Source of the DNA: an uncultured Chlamydiales bacterium
GTDB lineage: Bacteria > Chlamydiota > Chlamydiia > Chlamydiales > FEN-1388
Assembly (NCBI GenBank): GCA_963785335.1
Contig: CAWAUW010000002.1
Coordinates: forward strand, 78,167 to 142,166
Reading direction: 5' to 3'
Length of the DNA stretch: 64,000 bases
The number at the start of each line of letters is the position of its first letter. Within the stretch, counting starts at the first letter, position 1. The position numbers were made by a program, and so were the translations under genes. Under the pieces are notes generated by a model. It made no database searches and was not told where the DNA came from. It worked only from the letters and a program-made list of their open reading frames with translations. Positions 35,622-43,076 of the stretch are shown one piece after another.

Positions 35622-37451
35622 ATGTATAAGCACACTATGAACAGCTGCGTACAACCTTATATTGAAAAAAATGGTTTCACTGCAGCACTTGGAAAAGTGG
35701 TGCACTCCGATAAAACCCTCACGTGGGGAGCACCCTACGATCAACTCCGCCTAGGTGTAAAAAAGAAGCGAAAAATAGAAGTCATTTATGCCGATGGCAG
35801 TCATGATTATAAAAATATGTTTAAAACAGGTTGTACTAATTTTTATATTGCCGGCAGTAACATTAAAGTTCGCGGCGGAAATTATGACATCATGCAAGGG
35901 ACTCTGCCAGAAGGTTACGGAAAAGTTTCTACCACGCACGATTTTTGGACATCAATCACCATGCGCGCCTCCCCTATAATCGTAACAGTAAATGACCCCG
36001 AAGAAAAAAGAGCAGTAAGGGGATATCCAGAAACAACCGAATACTGGAAAGAAAGCCTCTTTCCCCTCAAACTTGAGAATGATTGGACTGTTGTGCGTGA
36101 AGGTGATGAGGAATTAATTGCTACCAGCAACTATTATCCTGATACAAAAATCGTAAAGCGAACCTTTGTTGCAATGCATGCTGACAAAGAACCGCAAACT
36201 ATCACACAGTTTCATTATCTAGGCTGGCCAGATAGTTTGGGGCCATCAGATTATGAGTTACTCGAAGCCTTGCATGAGGCAGTCGACAAAGAAAGTACTA
36301 CAAGAGCTCTTTCAAAGAAATCCCCAATTACTGCCCACTGTGGTAATGGACTTGGCAGATCTGCCCTTTTTGCCATATCTCACCTTTTTCATCGTGAAAT
36401 ACAAGAACGGGTAAGTGCCGGCGAGCAAATCGACACGATGGAGCTTGATGTAATCAATACGATCTACGAATTTAACAAACAGCGGCCGCTACAGCTAAGT
36501 GAAGGCGTGCAGTGGCAGGGACTATTTGTTGCACTACGCCGCATGTTATTAAAACACAAAGGCGAATCAAATAAAATAATACGTGCATTTGAAGAAAAAA
36601 TTGAGCAAAAAACCTTTGCAAAAGCAGCTGAAAAGCTGGAAAGCGCCAAGAAAAAATTAATAAAGGAAAACAATATGTCATTTGATGTTATTATGATTAA
36701 ATCGTTCCCGAGCAGCACAAGGCTTGGCTTAGAAAACCAAGCTGAAAAAAAGTATGTAAGTACAAGTGGTAAGCCATTATCAGATGTATCTATTGAAAAG
36801 GCCAAAAAACTTGGCGAATTTATTCAAAAAATGGGCCCTTTTGCAGGAGTTTTCAGCGCAGAAAGTGCTACATCCTACGGATCTGCACTCTACGCAGCAG
36901 ATGCACCCCCTGTAATAGTCAAAGGGTTTAACCAAATCCGACTTGGTGTTTTTGAAGGAGTTGAAGCAGGAGATATTCAAAAAGCTTATACTAAGGCTCA
37001 TCCCACAGCCGCCTTTGTTCCCGAACCTAATGACTGCTTGAATAAACCTTGGCCAAACTTACCTGCCGATGCTTTTGAATCATATGACGATGTAGATGCA
37101 CGCGTGCTGGATGCCTTCAAAGCTTTAAGTGTTGATGCCAAAGGCGACAATTCTGTATTTGTCGTATCTGCTGCCAAAGAGCCTGTGCGATCAATAATGC
37201 TGCACTCTACGCTTGCTGAATCTGTACGCAATAGTCAATTTTACAAAGACTTAGTCATGCATATTCAACGAGAACCGGGTGTAGAACAACCCATAGGCGA
37301 GTTTGCTGTACGCGGCCAGCTTAACCCAAAAGATGGCTCATGGATTAGGTTGCATTATGAAAACGGCAAAATATCGCTTGTTGCGGTCTCTGAAGATGTC
37401 GAATTCCGAAAAATGCCGCCTGTTCCTGGTTATTTTAGAGAATTAAAATAA
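35622..37451 (+). CDS. classical protein tyrosine phosphatase domain fused to a ~270-aa C-terminal domain of uncertain function
   Basis: WPD loop HYLGWPDSLGP. Signature ITAHCGNGLGRSALF (HCx5R[ST]). Q-loop-like QRPLQL. The C-terminal half loosely resembles a histidine-phosphatase fold, but the RHG position reads KSF. Confidence 0.8.
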   Translation: MYKHTMNSCVQPYIEKNGFTAALGKVVHSDKTLTWGAPYDQLRLGVKKKRKIEVIYADGSHDYKNMFKTGCTNFYIAGSNIKVRGGNYDIMQGTLPEGYGKVSTTHDFWTSITMRASPIIVTVNDPEEKRAVRGYPETTEYWKESLFPLKLENDWTVVREGDEELIATSNYYPDTKIVKRTFVAMHADKEPQTITQFHYLGWPDSLGPSDYELLEALHEAVDKESTTRALSKKSPITAHCGNGLGRSALFAISHLFHREIQERVSAGEQIDTMELDVINTIYEFNKQRPLQLSEGVQWQGLFVALRRMLLKHKGESNKIIRAFEEKIEQKTFAKAAEKLESAKKKLIKENNMSFDVIMIKSFPSSTRLGLENQAEKKYVSTSGKPLSDVSIEKAKKLGEFIQKMGPFAGVFSAESATSYGSALYAADAPPVIVKGFNQIRLGVFEGVEAGDIQKAYTKAHPTAAFVPEPNDCLNKPWPNLPADAFESYDDVDARVLDAFKALSVDAKGDNSVFVVSAAKEPVRSIMLHSTLAESVRNSQFYKDLVMHIQREPGVEQPIGEFAVRGQLNPKDGSWIRLHYENGKISLVAVSEDVEFRKMPPVPGYFRELK

Positions 37452-37461
37452 TCTTTAAAAG

Positions 37462-37495
37462 CCTAACTGTTTTCCCCAGGGGAAAAACAGTTAGG
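37462..37495 (+). terminator. stem-loop downstream of the PTP gene
   Basis: cctaactgttttcccc / ggggaaaaacagttagg with a one-base bulge. There is no clear U-run, so its function is uncertain. Confidence 0.35.
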
Positions 37496-37535
37496 GGGAC
37501 TTGAATTCTATACCTATATATTGGAGCTGCTTTTT

Positions 37536-39008
37536 ATGGTAAACTTTCCACAAAATACACCATTGTCCATTACCGATTTATGTCAAAGGTGTAAATCAAA
37601 TTATGATGTTGTCATAAGCCTTCAAAGATATCCACGGATTTTTATTGAATTTTTTAAAATTGCAACAAATGATCCACTTTGGAGAAATGAAAATAAGGCT
37701 TGCATGGAGAATATGGTCGAGCACGTTGGTCGTCTGTTTACTCAAGAAGGACTTCTTGACCTCCCACAGGCAAGAATAATCATCCAAGCAACAAAAGCTG
37801 TTTCTGATATCTTTCCGGCATTCAAAAATCTTTTGAATGAAGGTAGCGTACAAATTTTTGTAAAAGAGGCAGGTGAACGAGTAGCCTTCGATCGATTACT
37901 TTTATGTAGTGCAAGCTCCTATTTTACTAAAGCATTATGCGGTAGTTTTGTTGAATCTTCACAAAGAACCATTATCCTTGAAGATCTAACAAAAAATACC
38001 CTTATCGCTATAAAAGAATTTTTAGAAACAGGAAAGATTGAAGATATTACAAAGCTAGATTTATCAGAACTTTTCGAAGCATCTCGCCGCTGTACAATTC
38101 CCTCACTAACAGATTATTTATCAAAAAGTGTTATATCAGCAGACAACGTATACGAAATGACGCAAATTGCCTATACGCATAAGCTTGACGGATTAAAGCG
38201 GCGATGTTTTAGCTTTATAAATGAACAATCTGAGCTAGTGACCATTTCATCCGACTTTTTGAATGTTAGGTTTGTTTTTTCAAAATTGGACAAACCACCT
38301 CAAATTTATTCAGAAATAACAGCGTTAAAAGGATACATTAGCTTGTTATCCGAGCTTACTGAATCGGAAAATGTTCGTCTTTGGCTTATATTCAATGGTG
38401 TAGACCTTAAACCCCAAGAAAATTTTAATGCAGGCATGCTTTTTCAAATGTTCCCTCGAGTGGCCCATGTAAAATTTGTTAATTTAACTTCTGAATTGGA
38501 TGATACAGTAGAGGCATTATGTACCCACTGTCTCCAGCTAGAGTCGATTAACGCATCGTATGTTAAGATTACCGATCGGAGTTTACGCGCAATATTAGCA
38601 TTACCCAAACTTACTGCCTTAAATCTTGAAGGATGCCGTGGCATTACAGGTAGAGATATAACAAAAGTAGCATGTTTAGGGCTTGACGAATTAAATCTTA
38701 GATTATGCGACTTTACAGATGAAGGCATAGAAGTTATATCTAATAATTTACACAACCTCACTAAGCTAAATCTTGGTGACTGTACAAATATTACAACAGC
38801 TGGTTTGCAGCGCTTATCGAGCTTAGCAAAACTTTCTGATCTTGATCTATCTAGGTGTACTGTTACAGGTCCGGTCTTGAAAAGCTTGTCTGGTTTAACT
38901 CAGCTTACTCATCTTTGCCTTTTTAGATGCATTGGACTAGAAAAAATTGCCCTCGAAGAAATCCGGTCACATCTACCCAAACTGAAAGTTGACGTAAGGT
39001 ATCACTGA
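37536..39008 (+). CDS. BTB/POZ domain plus Cys-containing leucine-rich-repeat protein
   Basis: BTB: VQIFVKEAGERVAFDRLLLCSASSYFTKALCGSF...IILEDLTKNTLIAIKEFLETGKIE. C-terminal LRRs of the F-box/AMN1 type: LNLEGCRGITGRDI, LNLRLCDFTDEGI, LNLGDCTNITTAGL, LDLSRCTVTG. Confidence 0.85.
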   Translation: MVNFPQNTPLSITDLCQRCKSNYDVVISLQRYPRIFIEFFKIATNDPLWRNENKACMENMVEHVGRLFTQEGLLDLPQARIIIQATKAVSDIFPAFKNLLNEGSVQIFVKEAGERVAFDRLLLCSASSYFTKALCGSFVESSQRTIILEDLTKNTLIAIKEFLETGKIEDITKLDLSELFEASRRCTIPSLTDYLSKSVISADNVYEMTQIAYTHKLDGLKRRCFSFINEQSELVTISSDFLNVRFVFSKLDKPPQIYSEITALKGYISLLSELTESENVRLWLIFNGVDLKPQENFNAGMLFQMFPRVAHVKFVNLTSELDDTVEALCTHCLQLESINASYVKITDRSLRAILALPKLTALNLEGCRGITGRDITKVACLGLDELNLRLCDFTDEGIEVISNNLHNLTKLNLGDCTNITTAGLQRLSSLAKLSDLDLSRCTVTGPVLKSLSGLTQLTHLCLFRCIGLEKIALEEIRSHLPKLKVDVRYH

Positions 39009-39020
39009 GGATTCCCTAAA

Positions 39021-39461
39021 TTATCGCGGGTCGTAAACGCTTATGAATTGATTTTTTCCATATTCTAAGATTTTTTCATCACAGGTGACTAATACTGCAT
39101 GAGTTTCGAAGGCTGTAGCGATGAGTATTCTATCTACAGGATCACCATGTACCTCACCCGGAAGCCGCGAGCTCATGATAGCCACTTGCGGTGAAAAAGA
39201 GGTCATTGTAAAGCCCGGATCTGTGAGTGCCTGCTCTACCCATTCTAGATAATCCATTTCAAGTGAGATTCTGTTACGTTGGGCAAACATGCCAATCTCC
39301 CAAATACTCATTGGTGAGATGAGTATCGGATGTAATTTCTGGACGCGTGAAATTTCATTTTGGAATTTTTGAGAAAACATGGGTTTTCCAAACATATACC
39401 ACAAAAAGACATGAGTGTCGAAAATAACCTTATGTTGCTGCAATACTTTAATGTTCGGCAT
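39021..39461 (-). CDS. vapC: VapC-family PIN-domain toxin
   Basis: VIFDTHVFLWYMFG...ISPMSIWEIGMF...DPVDRILIATAFETHAVLVTCDEKI. Start set at ATG 39461, which overlaps the antitoxin stop. Confidence 0.8.
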   Translation of the reverse strand: MPNIKVLQQHKVIFDTHVFLWYMFGKPMFSQKFQNEISRVQKLHPILISPMSIWEIGMFAQRNRISLEMDYLEWVEQALTDPGFTMTSFSPQVAIMSSRLPGEVHGDPVDRILIATAFETHAVLVTCDEKILEYGKNQFISVYDPR

Positions 39462-39681
39462 TCCATGCCTCATCGATCGGCTCAATTATATCGCCAATAA
39501 CGTGGCCAGTACCTTCCATCCACCCAAAACTATTCCTTGGTTTTTCTTCAATAGGGATCATCTCTGCAACAGGAACATTGCGTTTAGTGATGATAATATG
39601 GATTTTTTTTTGCTGAACATCATCCATAATTTTAAGGCATTCAGCCTTAAATTTACCTGCTGGGATTTGCTTACGTAACAT
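39448..39681 (-). CDS. Phd/YefM-like antitoxin
   Basis: 77 aa. IPAGKFKAECLKIMDDVQQKKIHIIITKRNVPVAEMIPI. Located immediately upstream of the PIN toxin. Confidence 0.75.
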   Translation of the reverse strand: MLRKQIPAGKFKAECLKIMDDVQQKKIHIIITKRNVPVAEMIPIEEKPRNSFGWMEGTGHVIGDIIEPIDEAWNAEH

Positions 39682-39799
39682 AATAATACCTATCTTAGGT
39701 GTCTATAGTCATATTATCATGGACACATTTTTTTTTGCAAGGACGTTTACACTTAGACAAAACTTCTTTATTTTGTTATTTTGGTCTTCTTGTTAATAA

Positions 39800-40711
39800 T
39801 TATTTTCTCACATACGAAAAGAGTTTATGCGCCAGCATATGAGCATACTCATCAAGAGTTGTTATTCCTCTATGAGTTGGTTTTATTTCTTGGCTTGGCA
39901 CAATAAGTCCTGAATTAAAGCCTTCATACATTTCAATCATTAAGTCTGTAATTTCAGGTTGCATTCCCGAGCCGAGCATTTCTTCTCTAGCTACGTTCAT
40001 AGAGATTTCGTCATACCATAATTCGGGATGATCAAAGACCTGGCCAAAAATTTCGGCAACATAGTTCATGGTTATATTTTTTGGCCCGATAAATTCAAAA
40101 ACTAAATTCCCAAATGGCGCCGTGCTATCCATAAAATCAGCTGCTTTCCAGCCAATATCACGGGTAGCTATCATCGCTATGGGTAAATTTTGATCAATCG
40201 GGGCTTGAATTACCCCAGCGTTTTTGATCATTGGAAGATATTTTTCGAGATTTTCCATGAAAAAGTCAGGTCTTAAGTGAATAAGTGTCTCAAGAGAAGA
40301 TATGTTATTAAGTTTTTTTTCATGGTTATGCAGGCCTATAATTGGTCCTGTTCCAGCGTCTAAATCAGCTCCAATGCTACTCAGGTTAATAACGCGTCTG
40401 CATTCGGAATCGCTTACGGCGGTGCAAATAGCCTTACTTACGGTTTCTTGAAAGGCAGAATAATTTTTTTCGGTATACGCGGGTGGAAGTAATGAAAATA
40501 TGGCAAAAGTATCTCTAAAAGCTTCAGTTAAAGCCTTAGAATCGTCATAATTGATAGAATAGGTATCAGCACCTTTAAGCTCTAATTGATATAATTTGCC
40601 TTCATTACGACCTATTGCTCGTACAATATGACCCCTTTTTAGAAGCTCCTCTACGATAACACGGCCTATATGCCCAGTAGCTCCCATTACGGCAAATATC
40701 TTTTGTTTCAT
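39800..40711 (-). CDS. NmrA-like / atypical SDR NAD(P)-binding protein
   Basis: AGGAGG RBS. MKQKIFAVMGATGHIGRVIVEELLKRGHIVRAIGRN is a Rossmann GxxGxxG motif. Confidence 0.75.
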   Translation of the reverse strand: MKQKIFAVMGATGHIGRVIVEELLKRGHIVRAIGRNEGKLYQLELKGADTYSINYDDSKALTEAFRDTFAIFSLLPPAYTEKNYSAFQETVSKAICTAVSDSECRRVINLSSIGADLDAGTGPIIGLHNHEKKLNNISSLETLIHLRPDFFMENLEKYLPMIKNAGVIQAPIDQNLPIAMIATRDIGWKAADFMDSTAPFGNLVFEFIGPKNITMNYVAEIFGQVFDHPELWYDEISMNVAREEMLGSGMQPEITDLMIEMYEGFNSGLIVPSQEIKPTHRGITTLDEYAHMLAHKLFSYVRK

Positions 40712-40773
40712 AAAGCACCTCCTTACTCTACCCCTATATTACTCCCCTTTACCTGATTTTTCAAATAAATATT

Positions 40774-41502
40774 TTATCCCTTGTTTAGCAGATCTTCAAC
40801 TCTTTGCCAATCCACCACTTTCCAAAAGCCTTCAAGGTATTGATCGCGGCGGTTAAGGTATTTAAGATAGTAGGCGTGTTCCCAGACATCGCAGTTTAAA
40901 AGAGGCTTCCCCTGAACTTCGGCTTTGTCCATAAGAGGATTATCTTGATTATGCGAAGAGGTAATTTTTAGTGAACCATCGGGCATTTTTACAAGCCATG
41001 CCCAGCCGCTGCCAAACATTGAAAGACCTGCCTCTTGAAATTTTGCTTTAAACTCACCAAGACTACCAAAATTTTTGACTAATTCATCAAGCAGCTTTTG
41101 GCTAGGTCCGGGATTGGCATTTGGAGATCTCATGATATTCCAGTAAAATGTATGATTCCAGTGGCCACCAGCATTATTACGAACGCCTGCAGGAAGCTTA
41201 CTTGCCTCTGAAAAGAGCTCTTCTAGCTTCATTTTTTGCCACTTTGCATTACCTTTGATGGCTTTATTCAGGTTATCAACGTAGGCTTTATGATGTCTGC
41301 TATAGTGAACATCTACTGTTTTGGCATCAATAACAGGCTCTAGGGCATCAAATGCAAAAGGCAAGGGCGGCAAAGTAAATGGGTAAGTCTCGCTATTTAC
41401 TTGCACAAGAATATTATCATTTTTTGGCTGCATCTGCATTGCCGTTATAATAGTTAATACTGCAGCCACTGCAAAGCCACTCACCACTTTACGCCAGTTC
41501 AT
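40774..41502 (-). CDS. Fe/Mn superoxide dismutase with an N-terminal signal or anchor sequence
   Basis: LPPLPFAFDALEPVIDAKTVDVHYSRHHKAYV and DVWEHAYYLKYLNRRDQYL, preceded by the hydrophobic MNWRKVVSGFAVAAVLTIITAMQ. Confidence 0.9.
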   Translation of the reverse strand: MNWRKVVSGFAVAAVLTIITAMQMQPKNDNILVQVNSETYPFTLPPLPFAFDALEPVIDAKTVDVHYSRHHKAYVDNLNKAIKGNAKWQKMKLEELFSEASKLPAGVRNNAGGHWNHTFYWNIMRSPNANPGPSQKLLDELVKNFGSLGEFKAKFQEAGLSMFGSGWAWLVKMPDGSLKITSSHNQDNPLMDKAEVQGKPLLNCDVWEHAYYLKYLNRRDQYLEGFWKVVDWQRVEDLLNKG

Positions 41503-41623
41503 ATCACTTCTCCATTAATATAAAATTTGATATTTAGAAGGAAAATTTTTTTGAGTCAAGTGCAAATTTGACAAAATTACCGAGCATAAGGTATTTTTAT
41601 GTAAAACAAACCGAACCAGAAAT

Positions 41624-42448
41624 ATGATTAACCCTAAAGACAAAGATTTATTTTTAAAGCATCCAAACGATTTTGTACTGCGCCTTGACAATAGCAATCA
41701 ATTTTCCGTCGAAAAAAAAGGCATATGGACATGGTTTAAGGCACATACTTTTTGGAGTAATGAATATGACCTGCACAGAATCGTTGGTACAATCGAAAAA
41801 TTTGCTCAAAATTTTGAGAATGTTTTTTTGAGAGAAGTTAATAATAAAATTTACAATTACAATACAACTCGCGTTATAGATAAACAAATTCCCCCTTTGC
41901 AATTGACTAATATTTCATTCGTTGCCCGAAAAACACTCTCTTCGGAACATGCCCAAAAAGAAATCTCAGATGAGGACACTTTCATACATCGTGCAGTTTT
42001 GGAACATTTGCAGCCCTATTTAGATGGAAAAATTACTCGTAATAATGAAAATATTCATAGACCCCCTTTAGTCCCTTATATTCTTGATAAATTGCAAAAT
42101 GAATTTCCTTATAAGTCATTTGATGTAAAATTTGTATATAGCGCTGTACTTAAAGAATATATTGATATTGCTGCCTGGAGCGGTTGCTTTGCAGTATCAT
42201 CTGTATTTGTAAGCCAGCATACAGAACGAATTTTTCCAAAAACAAGTGACATTGTACAGCAAATTAAAGAGCCATTCCTGCATGCAATTCTAATAGACTT
42301 TAGAGATCAAGAGCTCCCAGATAATTTGGAAGCCCGGCTTAATATTGCTGTAAATAATTTTAAAACTCAATACAGCGCTGTCATCAAATCTGATAAAACA
42401 CCCTCCTCAGCAGGTAGACACCCAACACGCAAAATTTATGCGTCTTGA
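41624..42448 (+). CDS. hypothetical protein (274 aa)
   Basis: Long ORF with no recognisable motif and no clear RBS. Confidence 0.45.
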   Translation: MINPKDKDLFLKHPNDFVLRLDNSNQFSVEKKGIWTWFKAHTFWSNEYDLHRIVGTIEKFAQNFENVFLREVNNKIYNYNTTRVIDKQIPPLQLTNISFVARKTLSSEHAQKEISDEDTFIHRAVLEHLQPYLDGKITRNNENIHRPPLVPYILDKLQNEFPYKSFDVKFVYSAVLKEYIDIAAWSGCFAVSSVFVSQHTERIFPKTSDIVQQIKEPFLHAILIDFRDQELPDNLEARLNIAVNNFKTQYSAVIKSDKTPSSAGRHPTRKIYAS

Positions 42449-42516
42449 GCAGCAATTGAAACAAGATCCAAAAAATTTATTCTTATAAATTAGGGGGGAA
42501 GGCGCGGCATCTCTAC

Positions 42517-42962
42517 GCAGAAGTGTGAGATTTTTTTCAACACAGAGGCACAGAGAACACAGAGAGAGAGAGAGAGAAATACAAAAACAAAAGTGCTTCG
42601 CATAGAAAGTCACGTTAAGGAAATTGTATTAGCTCTGATAGAGCGTTATATCATAGCCCAGGTTGCAGCGAAGCGGAGGCCTGGGTAAACGACAAATAAT
42701 TAATAGAGACCTGTAGGGGCGGTATCTGGGCTATTGTTTGCAATCTAATATGTCGCCCCTATAGGGCTCAATCAATTACTTCATGGTTACCCAGGCCTTC
42801 GCTGGCGCTGCAACCTGGGCTACGAGATCTCGCCCTTTCAGGGCTAATACAAATTTCCTTAAGTTGCCTTTCTATGCGAAGCACTTTTGTTTTTGTATTT
42901 CTCTCTCTCTCTCTCTGTGTTCTCTGTGCCTCTGTGTTAAAAAAAAATCTCACACTTCTGCA
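42517..42962. repeat. CAGAG-word family palindrome (copy 3) carrying three further nested palindromes in its centre
   Basis: The outer arms match 19169-19378 and 24762-24945 (agtgtgagatttttttcaacacagaggcacagag...(ga)n...caaaagtgcttcgcat). Nested layers lie at about 42613-42866, 42650-42825 and 42710-42765. Confidence 0.85.
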
Positions 42963-43076
42963 ATAAGACGCTAACCCCTCGAATCTCTCTCTAGACACCT
43001 CTCACCGCTAAATCTTGTGCTATACCGGCTGATTTAGTATACTGTAGGCTTGCAAGTCTTTTATTAAGGATAAATC

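Noticed and set aside
33371-39681. The TA/effector islet as an intact prophage, ICE or IS-bounded transposon
   Set aside because: No integrase, transposase, phage structural gene, conjugation gene or tRNA attachment site is present in the islet. Only a degraded or ancient mobile origin can be suggested.
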